Numbered from the stretch's first letter, positions 10,066 to 19,933 are shown. The stretch: 61,829 nucleotides of DNA from an uncultured virus (IMG/VR IMGVR_UViG_3300032011_003340) (IMGVR_UViG_3300032011_003340); one strand, 5' to 3'. The notes: generated by a model from the letters alone, not told the origin. Numbers and translations are program-made.

Positions 10066-10115
10066 TTCGTTCACTTTAAATTTGTTATACAATGCGTTAG
10101 TCACAATAAAAATTA

Positions 10116-10253
10116 CTAATCTTTAATGTTTAACCTTTTTTCAATCTCTTCAATAACCTTGTATTCTTCATCTTCTAAATCGAAGTGACAGTCACTTGTT
10201 TTAGATATTTCATACAATTCCCTCAATAACTCTAATGTAGTTTTCTTTTCCAT
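10116..10253 (-). CDS. 45-aa ORF in the cassette body between attC-like units 4 and 5
   Basis: Hand translation MEKKTTLELLRELYEISKTSDCHFDLEDEEYKVIEEIEKRLNIKD*; flanked by AAAATTAC/GTAATTTT. Confidence 0.55.
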   Translation of the reverse strand: MEKKTTLELLRELYEISKTSDCHFDLEDEEYKVIEEIEKRLNIKD

Positions 10254-11084
10254 TTCCGTAATTTTAAAAGATGGCTAACAATAAATAAAATTAATAGTGC
10301 GTGTCAGCCTTTTCGCATCTATCAACTTGTAGTGGTCGCACTACTAAATTTTCCATCTTTATTTAATATTATATTAATATTAATATTATTAAAATAATAA
10401 CACATGTATACCATATGTATAACATATTTTTTAATTCTTTTTCCATTTTTATTTGTCTTTATAATAAATATTTACAATTATCCAAAGCATAAAATAAGAA
10501 AATAAACATATATGAGATATTAATCTTGGACAAGATAAAAAAATAATAAATAATATAATTCCTAATATTTTATATATTTTAATAAATCTTTTCATTTCTT
10601 TTTATAAAATTTAGTAAGTTTTTCAAGTTTTTCAAGTAGTTCTTTTTCTATTATATTAGTTGGATATCCACTTGCCATTATATGGCGTTTATTATTATTT
10701 TCAGCATCTTTTATTTCATTTTCTAATTCTTTTATTATTTTTTTTACACCTTTTTTAATAATAAAATTTTCAAATTCATTAAATTTTTTCATTACAAATC
10801 TTTTTTTTGACTTTGAACAAATACAAACATGTATATCCATATACAACTACAAAATAATGTAGTTATATTTTTACCTTCCATTAATGCTATTATACATGTC
10901 ATTACAAAAGTTATAGCAAGGATTTCATTAATCTTGTTTTTCTCCTCCATAAGGTTCTTTTTTAATTATTCTTGAGTGAATTGCAAAAATTAATGCACCA
11001 ATAAAAAAGCTACCAAAAAATAAAATTGGTAGCCCTATTATTAGTATTATTATCAATAATAATATATTCCACATGTTTAGTTTT

Positions 11085-11435
11085 TTATCTATTTATATAA
11101 ATATTTGCTTTAGGGTATTCTTTACATGCATTAATTAATTTTTCTAACCAAGGAATAAAATCTTTATATAATCCCCAACCATTTTTAGAATTAAATTGTT
11201 TAAAATGGTCAGGTTTTTCTTTCATCTCTTTAAGTCCTTTTTCAAGAGGTTTAATGAGATCTTTAGCAGATTTAATATTTTCATCATGTCCCCATAAAGC
11301 TTTATAAAATCCACCTGCTACAGCCATTGTATTTAAGTTATGTGTTATATTGGCATCAAATACTGTTTCTATACCACCTGAACCACAACAAAGACATGTT
11401 TCTTCTTCTGTCATTAAAGTTATATCTAAACTCAT
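11085..11435 (-). CDS. Conserved phage hypothetical protein
   Basis: MSLDI...NITHNLNTMA...NSKNGWG.Y...ACKEYP motif family widespread in phages. Confidence 0.75.
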   Translation of the reverse strand: MSLDITLMTEEETCLCCGSGGIETVFDANITHNLNTMAVAGGFYKALWGHDENIKSAKDLIKPLEKGLKEMKEKPDHFKQFNSKNGWGLYKDFIPWLEKLINACKEYPKANIYINR

Positions 11436-11594
11436 TTTAAGATATTTTTAAAAGTTTTTTAATTTGTTTCCTTGTCTTATCATCGAATTTAACTGAACCA
11501 GTTAAACTACTTTCATAATAAATTATAAGAAGATGATTTCTTAAATCTCTTAATTCTTCTTTTGTATATTCTTTACCTTTTATATTTATTATAC

Positions 11595-11927
11595 TCATTG
11601 TATTTTTATTTTATAAAGATTTAACAATTTAACTGTAAAGTTATTAGTTCTAATTGTTTTTTCAAATAATTTTTCAATATATAAATGTAATGTAGAAACT
11701 GGAATATTTTTTAATTGCATTATAAACACTTGTTCTGTACCTAAACTTATAATATCATTTATTCCTGATTCAACTAATGTTTTATCAAATGAATTGATGG
11801 TAACAAATGCATTTATATGTATTTTACAATTAATTACTTCTTTTTTATTTATAAACCATTTTTTTGCTTTTTCTTTTTCATTATTAAATAATTCTATATA
11901 TACATCTAATTCATTCTGAGTTATCAT
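11595..11927 (-). CDS. Hypothetical protein
   Basis: Co-oriented ORF. Confidence 0.55.
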   Translation of the reverse strand: MITQNELDVYIELFNNEKEKAKKWFINKKEVINCKIHINAFVTINSFDKTLVESGINDIISLGTEQVFIMQLKNIPVSTLHLYIEKLFEKTIRTNNFTVKLLNLYKIKIQ

Positions 11928-12375
11928 TTTCTATATTTTTTTCAATTATTAAATTATATACATCTTCATATGATAAATTTCTGTCAATGTGATTATTAAT
12001 TTTTATTTTATCCCAATTAATTTCACCTCCGCTTTTTATTGCTTTTTCTAACTCTTGATATCCTTCGAAACAACTAAAATTTTCTGTATTAGATAAAAAT
12101 ATTTTAACTCTTTCATTAAGTTTAGTTAAATCAAGAAGTTTTTCTACCATTTTTGTTAATTTAGTTATTTCGTCATCATGAGTTACTTCAGGGATTTTTA
12201 TTAAAACATCATATTTTTCAAATAATTCATCAATATCTGTATGAATGGTATAACCTTTTTGTAATAGTTGTATTACCTGAGTTATTAATATATGTCCAAT
12301 TTTTAATTCTACATCATCTTTAGAATTTTTTATTATTGCCCTTGATGTGTCTAATAAATCTATTATTGTTTTCAT
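11911..12375 (-). CDS. Hypothetical protein
   Basis: Co-oriented ORF. Confidence 0.6.
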   Translation of the reverse strand: MKTIIDLLDTSRAIIKNSKDDVELKIGHILITQVIQLLQKGYTIHTDIDELFEKYDVLIKIPEVTHDDEITKLTKMVEKLLDLTKLNERVKIFLSNTENFSCFEGYQELEKAIKSGGEINWDKIKINNHIDRNLSYEDVYNLIIEKNIENDNSE

Positions 12376-12380
12376 ATTAT

Positions 12381-12677
12381 TTAATTTAAATCAGGTGCTT
12401 TTCCCGGTTTATTATTTAATAGACTAAATACTTTAATTTTATTGTATTCATCTTTTGATAACATTATATAAGCTTCAATACCTGGTTTATTATTCGGATA
12501 ATATTTACACAACACGTACTGATCTTCTTTATTTATTACTTCTATCTTTCCTCTTAATCTTGTAGTTATAACAGTAGTTGTATTTACGTGAAAAAAGTCT
12601 CCAAGAAGTATTTTTCTATCTATTTTCCTTTTAAAGAAAGATAAAAAGTAATAATATAGTTCTTTCATTTTAATCAA
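12381..12677 (-). CDS. Hypothetical protein
   Basis: Co-oriented ORF. Confidence 0.55.
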   Translation of the reverse strand: MIKMKELYYYFLSFFKRKIDRKILLGDFFHVNTTTVITTRLRGKIEVINKEDQYVLCKYYPNNKPGIEAYIMLSKDEYNKIKVFSLLNNKPGKAPDLN

Positions 12678-12963
12678 ATTTTAAATTATCAATCTTTTTT
12701 ATAATTAATTTTTGAATACATTCTAATTTATTTTCATATTCAATTCTTTTTTCTATATCAAAACGTTTTTTTTCAATTAAATCATTTAGTTCTTGTTTAA
12801 TTGATATTAATTCCGATATAGAAACATTTTCATAAATTATCATATTATTTTTTTTATAAGGACAATGTCTACATCCATTATTACAACAATATCCTATATT
12901 TTTTAAATATTTTTCAGTAAATACATAGCAACCAGATTCTATATAATAATTATCATCATTCAT
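12670..12963 (-). CDS. DUF5522-like cysteine-rich protein
   Basis: YYIESGCYVFTEKYLKNIGYCCNNGCRHCPY. Confidence 0.75.
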   Translation of the reverse strand: MNDDNYYIESGCYVFTEKYLKNIGYCCNNGCRHCPYKKNNMIIYENVSISELISIKQELNDLIEKKRFDIEKRIEYENKLECIQKLIIKKIDNLKFD

Positions 12964-14569
12964 TTATTTTAATTTTAATAAATTTAAATGAATTTTTAAT
13001 TTCATCTTTAATAGTTAAATAATATATTCCTGAATTTATATCTTTTAAATTTATTTTTAAATTATTTTGTATATTTGAAACTTTTTTTACATATATAGTC
13101 TGGGACAAGAGATTTATTAATTTTATTTCAATATTTGTTATGTCATTAGAATTTAAATTAATATTTAACTCATCTTTTACAGGAATAGGGTATACAAATA
13201 ATTTATTTTCTTTATTTGTATTAATTACAGTAATATTAGAATATTTGATTTTAGATTCAAATACACTTTTTATTCTATAATATGTAATATCAAAAGGTTC
13301 AAAATCATTATAAGTATAATTTGAATTTAAATTATATTCCATACTATCCATTGTATAGAAATTAATACCATTATTACTTTTTTGTATATCAAAATATTTT
13401 AATTCATCAGATATAGAAATATTCCATCTTAATTGATTAAAACTATTGTTGTCTATAGTTGTAAAATTTAAATCATCTAATGGCAATAATATATTACAAC
13501 CACCGCTAAGATTATTTAATGTATAACTATAATCACACTCATCTCCTGCAAAACCATCTACCATTAAAAATATACATTCTCCGGCTGCTACAGCAAATGG
13601 AGTAGAAGTCCATGTAGTTGCAGGAAATGATGGTGATGGTGCGTGTTCAATGACTGTTAAATTTGTCGCTGTCCCTCTAAATATAGTCATTTGTAAACCA
13701 TTAGCGGGTGTGGCAGTACAATTTGAAATATTTGTAAAATCTATACTCCATAATCCTGCTGTTGTTGTACAGAATGAAAACCATGAATCATTATTTACAA
13801 CATAAGGAACATCATCACCTAATGTTATACATGCAGGACATGTTGTTCCTAAATTATTATCTAAATCTTCAAATCCCGGTCCTCCATTTGTTGGAGAATA
13901 ACCTATATTTGTACCATTGATAACAACACCACATTGGTCAATCATTGTTGGTATAGAAGGTGTATTATTCGCAGGTACTGTATAAACACCTAAGCAATAA
14001 TCTATTGTTCTGTTATTACCTCCACCGCAATCTTCATTCATTATTTGAATAAGATAATCTGAATTAGGAGTAGTATTTATTTGAAAATGAAACCCGGGAT
14101 CAAATAAATCTAAAAAGAATTCACAATAAACTGATGCTGCTACAGTTGGAAGACATCCTGTTCCTGATGCAAATGGACCATATACAGCAATATGATACCC
14201 ACAATTAGTTCCAATTCCTGGCCTTGTTATAGATATATTCATAGCATTTAATGTACTTGAATTTACTCTATACCAAGAACTTCTTGGTGTAACACCTCCT
14301 CCTCCAATAGCATTACATGGAAAGAATGTAGTTTCATTAGGTTCTACTGTATTTGTTGCTGTTGTTCCATTTGTACAAGGCGCATCAAGTGTAAGAACAG
14401 TAGCATTATTACAATCATCATTTACTGTTACTCTCAAATGATTATTATTTTGTGTAATTACTCTTCTTAATTCATGAACTTCACTTGAAGAGTAATTAAT
14501 TGAATCTGGTACTAGTTGTCCATAAGATAATGAACAACTAGCTATTACCAAAAATATTATTTTTTTCAT
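12956..14569 (-). CDS. Secreted Cys-rich protein with T9SS type A C-terminal sorting domain
   Basis: Signal peptide; LPL..F...L.W...FDIQKS..G..F Ig-like module; C-terminal VYPIPVKDELNI...SGIYYLTI...KFIKIK. Confidence 0.85.
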   Translation of the reverse strand: MKKIIFLVIASCSLSYGQLVPDSINYSSSEVHELRRVITQNNNHLRVTVNDDCNNATVLTLDAPCTNGTTATNTVEPNETTFFPCNAIGGGGVTPRSSWYRVNSSTLNAMNISITRPGIGTNCGYHIAVYGPFASGTGCLPTVAASVYCEFFLDLFDPGFHFQINTTPNSDYLIQIMNEDCGGGNNRTIDYCLGVYTVPANNTPSIPTMIDQCGVVINGTNIGYSPTNGGPGFEDLDNNLGTTCPACITLGDDVPYVVNNDSWFSFCTTTAGLWSIDFTNISNCTATPANGLQMTIFRGTATNLTVIEHAPSPSFPATTWTSTPFAVAAGECIFLMVDGFAGDECDYSYTLNNLSGGCNILLPLDDLNFTTIDNNSFNQLRWNISISDELKYFDIQKSNNGINFYTMDSMEYNLNSNYTYNDFEPFDITYYRIKSVFESKIKYSNITVINTNKENKLFVYPIPVKDELNINLNSNDITNIEIKLINLLSQTIYVKKVSNIQNNLKINLKDINSGIYYLTIKDEIKNSFKFIKIKINE

Positions 14570-14747
14570 TTTAACTGTTAATCGTGTATGTAAAACTTTG
14601 TTTTTTTTCGACTTTTAAATCGTCTGCCTTCTATATATAACATAATTCTTATATTTAGATGACTATCATATAAATTTAAGGTAAATAATCCGATAACACC
14701 GTCTAATATTTTTGTTATATTATATAGTGTTTTTAAAATAAATGTTT

Positions 14748-15278
14748 TCATAATTTCATTTTTGAATTTATAATAGTTAGACATAATAAATAATTTTCTT
14801 CTTTTTCACTTTCTAATAATTGAAACCAATTTAATACTTCTTCAATACTGTATCCTTTGGTTTTTAATAATTTACAAATTGTACTTGCTTTTAAATATTT
14901 AAGATAATTTAAATTATCCTCTCTTAATACTTTATCTAATAACCAAGATTCATTAAGCTCTCCTAATTCTGATGGCATACTTGAAGGATTTACATTACTA
15001 ATTTCCCACCATTCACTCCCATCATATTCACCTCTTAAAACAGAACATTCTGAAAAATAAATTATACCGTTTAACATTGCTCCACCAAAACCATTATCAT
15101 ACTTAAAATTAATTGAATCTAAGAATTCATGCCACTCTTTTACATTATAATTACATTTTAATTGATATTTTCGAGAGTTATGCTCTTCCCAAGAACTTCC
15201 ATAATTTATTGAAACAGCCAATAATGGTCTATCAATACTTTTAACTGCCCATAAAAATTCATCTTTTGCATTAATCAT
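14748..15278 (-). CDS. Conserved phage hypothetical protein
   Basis: YDNGFGG...G.IYF...RGEYDGSEWWE motif. Confidence 0.75.
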   Translation of the reverse strand: MINAKDEFLWAVKSIDRPLLAVSINYGSSWEEHNSRKYQLKCNYNVKEWHEFLDSINFKYDNGFGGAMLNGIIYFSECSVLRGEYDGSEWWEISNVNPSSMPSELGELNESWLLDKVLREDNLNYLKYLKASTICKLLKTKGYSIEEVLNWFQLLESEKEENYLLCLTIINSKMKL

Positions 15279-15283
15279 AATTT

Positions 15284-15529
15284 CTAATTTTTTAATTTTT
15301 TTAATTCTTCTTCTAATCTTTTAATTTCCTCTTGCTTTTTTGATTCTTCAAGAATTTTATCTTTATTATTATAATTTAATTCATTTTTAATAGTTTCTAC
15401 TTCAGCCAATAGATTATCCCAACATCCACTATAATAAGTGTCATAACATTGAAATAAACCAAAATTTTCTGCATCACCATGAATTATTGATTCATATAAT
15501 TTTATAAGTTTTTTAACTTTCTTTTTCAT
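15284..15529 (-). CDS. Hypothetical protein
   Basis: Co-oriented ORF. Confidence 0.5.
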   Translation of the reverse strand: MKKKVKKLIKLYESIIHGDAENFGLFQCYDTYYSGCWDNLLAEVETIKNELNYNNKDKILEESKKQEEIKRLEEELKKLKN

Positions 15530-15541
15530 TTTTATTTTGGT

Positions 15542-15733
15542 TTAATTAATAAAATCTTTTGTTATTATAAATGTACTTTTACCATCCACTTCAATATTTT
15601 TTCCATTTTTTTTAACAAATTCTACTTCAAAATGAGAATTATCATACTTATCTAAAATAACCCCTTTAATACCTTTAGGTAATTTTTTATTAATTTCCTT
15701 TTTTAAAATAAATGTATCAAATTTCTTTTTCAT
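15542..15733 (-). CDS. DUF4926-like small protein
   Basis: LPKGIKGVILDKY...FEVEFV...G pattern. Confidence 0.6.
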   Translation of the reverse strand: MKKKFDTFILKKEINKKLPKGIKGVILDKYDNSHFEVEFVKKNGKNIEVDGKSTFIITKDFIN

Positions 15734-16119
15734 TTTTCATTTTTTATATTATTATCAAAATAATTTTTTGACTCCATTAAAGTCCATCCTGTAAGCTTCT
15801 TTATTTCCTTTACTGTTGCAAGAGACCTTCCTTTAAGATCATCACACATCCATCGTATTTTAATACCGTTAAGTGCAGTTTTTTTAAAATTTACAAGTCC
15901 GTTAAAAAACTTTGGATTAATATTTATTACATTCGATGCAAATTCTAATGTTTCTAGTGGGGTAATATTTGTATATATTAATATAAAATAAATCATATCA
16001 TAATCAACTGTATCCCAAGAACAATTAATAAACATCATCTTTGCTAATAGATGATTGTCCCATCCTGCAGAATTCATTAATCTCCAAAGTTTTTTTAATT
16101 CATCATTTTCTTTAGTCAT
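15730..16119 (-). CDS. Protein with ribosomal L7/L12 C-terminal-like motif
   Basis: LATVKEIKKLTGWTLMESKNYFD resembles the L7/L12 CTD motif KxxRxxTGLGLKEAKxxVD. Confidence 0.55.
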   Translation of the reverse strand: MTKENDELKKLWRLMNSAGWDNHLLAKMMFINCSWDTVDYDMIYFILIYTNITPLETLEFASNVININPKFFNGLVNFKKTALNGIKIRWMCDDLKGRSLATVKEIKKLTGWTLMESKNYFDNNIKNEK

Positions 16120-16397
16120 TTTTGAGTTAGTTTTTTTATTTGTTTTTGTGTTAATTCATTTTTAAATTTAGGTATTTTCCATTTATCAGCTATATTATGA
16201 CTAAAAGGTAAATCCCAAGTAGCTCCTTTTTGAGAGCATAGAATTTCTCTTTCTTTTAATGTTAATGCTTTTTTGTTTATTTTTTCATAAAGCTGTTCAA
16301 TATCTGAAATTAAATCTTCATACTCTGTGTAATCTTCATATTTATTTACATTTATATGCTGATTAAGTATTTTAGCTATTTCTTCTTTTATATTCAT
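16116..16397 (-). CDS. Hypothetical protein
   Basis: Co-oriented ORF. Confidence 0.55.
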   Translation of the reverse strand: MNIKEEIAKILNQHINVNKYEDYTEYEDLISDIEQLYEKINKKALTLKEREILCSQKGATWDLPFSHNIADKWKIPKFKNELTQKQIKKLTQK

Positions 16398-16417
16398 TTT
16401 TTTAATTTAATAAACAG

Positions 16418-16502
16418 TACCCGGAGCGGGAATCGAACCCGCACTCCCTCAACGGGAACAGGATTTTAAGTCCTGCGTGTCTACCAGTTCCACCATCCGG
16501 GC
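16418..16502 (-). tRNA. trnL: tRNA-Leu(TAA)
   Basis: GCCCGGATGGTGGAACTGGTAGACACGCAGGAC-TTAAAA-TCCTG, long variable arm, GGTTCGATTCCCGCTCCGGGTA. Confidence 0.95.
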
Positions 16503-16684
16503 AACCAATTAAGAATTATTTAATTCATCTATTTTAAAATTTAATAACTGTAACTCATCTTGTAATTCACTCAATGTTTGTTGAATTATAGTATCTGTTG
16601 GTTCACAGTCTCTTAATAAATTTTCTATTTGTTGAACTAAATCTCTACGTCTTGCTTTTAAAGCAAATAATTTAATATTTTTTT

Positions 16685-17113
16685 TCATTTTTTTAATCCC
16701 TCCCCTAATGCTTTTGCAATATCATAATGATAAGCTATAATATTACCCTCTTTTGTTAACATACATGTATTTCCCATTAAAGAGTCATTAAATTTTTCCA
16801 TATTTACATCAGGATAAAAACTTAATAATTTTTCTATTTCTGATTGTATGAATCCTTGATAATTTTCTGTAGGATAATTTATAGTTAATTTATAATATTT
16901 ATATCTTATCAATTCTAATATATCAAGCATATATTTTTCTGTTATAGAATTTTCATTATCAATAGATGTTATATAATCTGATGGTAATATTGATGAAAAA
17001 ATCTTAATTATTATTTCTTTTATATTAATTTTTTGAGACTTACTAAGTTGATAAGCTAATTTTATATTAGTCTTATCCATTGTTCTTATAAGTTTTTCAA
17101 TTTTTTCTTCCAT
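16685..17113 (-). CDS. Hypothetical protein with shared N-terminal helical motif
   Basis: EEKIEKLIRTMDKTNIKLAYQL. Confidence 0.6.
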   Translation of the reverse strand: MEEKIEKLIRTMDKTNIKLAYQLSKSQKINIKEIIIKIFSSILPSDYITSIDNENSITEKYMLDILELIRYKYYKLTINYPTENYQGFIQSEIEKLLSFYPDVNMEKFNDSLMGNTCMLTKEGNIIAYHYDIAKALGEGLKK

Positions 17114-17234
17114 TATAAATTTCTATTATTGTACCATCCTCCATTACCACGACAGTTTTTATGTTTTTTTACTGTACTGCAACTTTGAAATATTGATATA
17201 ACAAATATCAATATAGCTAATTTAATTATATTTT

Positions 17235-17471
17235 TCATATTGAATGTCTTTGTTCCCCTATTGATTCATTAACAGGAGCTTGTCTAGGAATTGGAGGAAT
17301 GACCTCAGTAATGTAATTTGCACCAATAAAAGAACATTCATTATTATCTAATCTTTTATAAGCTATAGTTTCATAATAACCATAAAAATCTGTTATATCT
17401 ACAATTGTTGCCCAAAATGGGGTTTCTTTTAAATATTTAACTTTTATAATATCTCCTTTTTTGTAATACAT
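17235..17471 (-). CDS. Hypothetical protein
   Basis: Small ORF with YKKGDII start. Confidence 0.5.
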   Translation of the reverse strand: MYYKKGDIIKVKYLKETPFWATIVDITDFYGYYETIAYKRLDNNECSFIGANYITEVIPPIPRQAPVNESIGEQRHSI

Positions 17472-17481
17472 AATTATTGTT

Positions 17482-17868
17482 TTATATTGTTTTTATAAAT
17501 TTTATTTCACTAGGAACTAATATATTCCAATTTACATCTAAATTTAATTCTTTACCTTTTACAATTTGAACTTTATTTAAATTAGGCATTGAAAGAACTA
17601 TTTTATCTTCATGTTTATGAGCTATAATAGAAAATACACCTGCTTTAAATAAAGCATCTAATATCTGATTTGAACAATCAGCTGTAATAGTAGCTTCAAT
17701 AAGAATTTTATGTCCTTTACAATTAAGTAAATGACAATTAATATTACTAGGTACATTTATCGTTGATACATCTTCAGCGATAAAAATCTTACTTGTCATT
17801 ATTTTTGATTGTGCAAATAAATTTATCTGTAATATTGTTAAAATTATTATTGTTATTATTTTATTCAT
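17482..17868 (-). CDS. Putative secreted protein, paralog of 18800..19219
   Basis: Signal peptide ending AQ; shares MPN and .KG..L motifs with 18800. Confidence 0.7.
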   Translation of the reverse strand: MNKIITIIILTILQINLFAQSKIMTSKIFIAEDVSTINVPSNINCHLLNCKGHKILIEATITADCSNQILDALFKAGVFSIIAHKHEDKIVLSMPNLNKVQIVKGKELNLDVNWNILVPSEIKFIKTI

Positions 17869-17897
17869 TATTATATTTTTTATATTTTAAATAATAA

Positions 17898-17931
17898 AAG
17901 GGTGTAGCCTGGCATAGCTACACCCTAAAAA
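17898..17931 (-). terminator. Rho-independent terminator hairpin
   Basis: AGGGTGTAGC-ctggcata-GCTACACCCT with A tracts on both sides. Confidence 0.75.
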
Positions 17932-17949
17932 CTATTAAATTAAACTAAA

Positions 17950-18261
17950 TTATTTATTTTTATCTTCTTTGAAGATTTCTTTATTTATGTTTTTAATTTT
18001 TTGACGTAATTTGTCGATTTCACGTCTTCTTATCGCTTCTTCAACAAGTTCTTCAAAATCTTTATCATTAATACTATATTCCTTTTCTTCAATTAATAAA
18101 GGTTTAGTATTCGATGATATTAATAACCACACCCCTATAAATAAGGGTAAATAAATGACACTTAGTGCCAATACATCATATGCATTAGGTAATTTAAATG
18201 CAAAGCAAGCGACAACTAACATACTTAATAGGGTAGTTGCCATTAAAATTGGTGATTTCAT
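17950..18261 (-). CDS. Membrane protein (2 TM)
   Basis: Two hydrophobic segments then a charged tail. Confidence 0.6.
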   Translation of the reverse strand: MKSPILMATTLLSMLVVACFAFKLPNAYDVLALSVIYLPLFIGVWLLISSNTKPLLIEEKEYSINDKDFEELVEEAIRRREIDKLRQKIKNINKEIFKEDKNK

Positions 18262-18295
18262 AATATTTTTTAATTTTAACTGTTATTTAATATAG

Positions 18296-18547
18296 TTACT
18301 CTTCGTTATAGTAGTAATTCAGTACTTGCGATTTTTTAAACATCATTTCGGGTTCGCAGGAAATCCCACAGGTGCCGAAGATGTCAGCGACCTCCTCTAT
18401 ACAACTAATGGTTCTGGGGCGGTCTTTGAAGTGCTTTCCACTCTTATCATGGAGCAACTCTACCGCTTCTGTTGGGCTATCTGCTACAACATTACCTACC
18501 GCAACATCTAAGTTTACGGTTAGACTAACAAAATATAATTTTTTCAT
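18296..18547 (-). CDS. Hypothetical protein (locally higher GC)
   Basis: ATG with AT-rich leader; co-oriented. Confidence 0.55.
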   Translation of the reverse strand: MKKLYFVSLTVNLDVAVGNVVADSPTEAVELLHDKSGKHFKDRPRTISCIEEVADIFGTCGISCEPEMMFKKSQVLNYYYNEE

Positions 18548-18750
18548 TTTTAAAATTTAGTTATTTAATAATATTTTTTAATTTTTTAAAATTTAAATTA
18601 AATGAAATAATATATGTAAAAATATTTAATAGTTTAGTTTAATTTTTAATTTAAACTATAATATAAAATATAATTTTTTATATTATTCTTTTTTTTACAA
18701 TTTACAAAATAATATTCTGTAAAAAGTACACATTTATAAAATATTTTTAT

Positions 18751-18758
18751 TATCTTTG
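18751..18758 (+). promoter_or_regulatory. Bacteroidota sigma70 -7 promoter element (TAnnTTTG)
   Basis: TATCTTTG about 40 nt upstream of ATG 18800. Confidence 0.6.
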
Positions 18759-18799
18759 TGATAACAAAATAAGAAAACAATATAAATAAATTATAAACT

Positions 18800-19219
18800 A
18801 TGAAACTACTAACTACACTTTTACTTTTAATACTTACTTTTACAATTAATGCACAAGTAAGTAAAACACTAATTAAATCTACTTCTATTGAAGAGACTCA
18901 TACTGCTTTTGTAATACTACCCGGTGAAGTAAATGTAAATGAATGGAATGAAAGCTTTATCCGTGTTACTACTACTATCAACGTGGAGAACATGAGTGAG
19001 AATATCGTTAAACGCCTTGTTATTGTAGGTCGCTACTCTGTAGAAGCTAAAGAAGATAAATACGGTAAAATGATGGTCATCAAAATGCCTAATGTAGCAC
19101 ACTATGTGGCTGTTAAAGGGGTTGATTTGATTGAAACATATACTTTTGAGGTATATGCACCTGAAGGATATAAAGTTGTCGTAAAACAAGATTTAAATCA
19201 TTCCTCCTCTTTAATGTAA
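18800..19219 (+). CDS. Putative secreted protein; only convincing plus-strand gene in the left arm
   Basis: Signal peptide MKLLTTLLLLILTFTINAQ; own promoter. Confidence 0.75.
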   Translation: MKLLTTLLLLILTFTINAQVSKTLIKSTSIEETHTAFVILPGEVNVNEWNESFIRVTTTINVENMSENIVKRLVIVGRYSVEAKEDKYGKMMVIKMPNVAHYVAVKGVDLIETYTFEVYAPEGYKVVVKQDLNHSSSLM

Positions 19220-19729
19220 AGAAGGAAAACCCATTTTTTTAGCATAGGTTAAATGTTTGATGAACACATCCCAATGATTTTCAAATTCATGTTCTATATC
19301 GCCGGGACATTTACCATTAATGTTTTCAATTTCTTCAAGTGAAGCCCTATAAAGCTGTTCCATTAGTTCAGCTTTATTTGTCATACCATTTAATTCGTCT
19401 TCGTATTTTCTTTTTACTGCCGTAAGACGTTTATGGTAACTTTCTTGCATGATTTCTCTTATACGTTGCAATTCAAGTTTATGTTTTCCCTCTTGTTCTT
19501 TAAGAATTCTCATCTTGAATCTTTTCGGAGAAACAACACTTAAAAAATCTTCTTCTATTTCTTTATTTGTATAATTAATTCCTCCTGCAAACTCATTAAA
19601 ATCATGAGAGGGAACAATAAAATTAGGTCTATGATTATTTGTAGACAAAAATATATTATGTCTATTATAATCATTTACAGTATACATTCCCTTTTTACTA
19701 AAAAGATGTATTCTTAATTTTTTAGTCAT
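19211..19729 (-). CDS. Hypothetical protein
   Basis: 172 aa ORF. Confidence 0.6.
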   Translation of the reverse strand: MTKKLRIHLFSKKGMYTVNDYNRHNIFLSTNNHRPNFIVPSHDFNEFAGGINYTNKEIEEDFLSVVSPKRFKMRILKEQEGKHKLELQRIREIMQESYHKRLTAVKRKYEDELNGMTNKAELMEQLYRASLEEIENINGKCPGDIEHEFENHWDVFIKHLTYAKKMGFPSLH

Positions 19730-19933
19730 ATTATTTTTTTAAAAGTTAATTTATTCTGAACCAAATTTTCACGGCATCATCTTCACTTGCTAAGTAGATG
19801 ACACCATGAATATTTTCAGCTTTCCAATTTTCTATGTGTAGCTTTGTTAATGTATAATGAAATATTCTTTCTATTGTAAGAAATTCAATCACTTCATTGT
19901 CGAGCTCTTCCATTTTCCATTCTATGTTTAATT

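Larger units (their letters stand above)
9317..10352 (+). mobile_element. Array of integron attC-like sites or cassettes (CALIN-like; 4 complete plus 1 degenerate)
   Basis: Repeated AAC-[arm]...[arm']-GTT inverted repeats at about 9317-9375, 9389-9600, 9611-9888 and 9899-10104, with a partial one at 10273-10352. Short spacers have complementary ends, e.g. GTTGTATG...CATACAAC. Confidence 0.75.

Noticed and set aside
9317..10352. CRISPR array
   Set aside because: Units are inverted-repeat arms of variable sequence enclosing ORFs, not identical direct repeats with uniform spacers.
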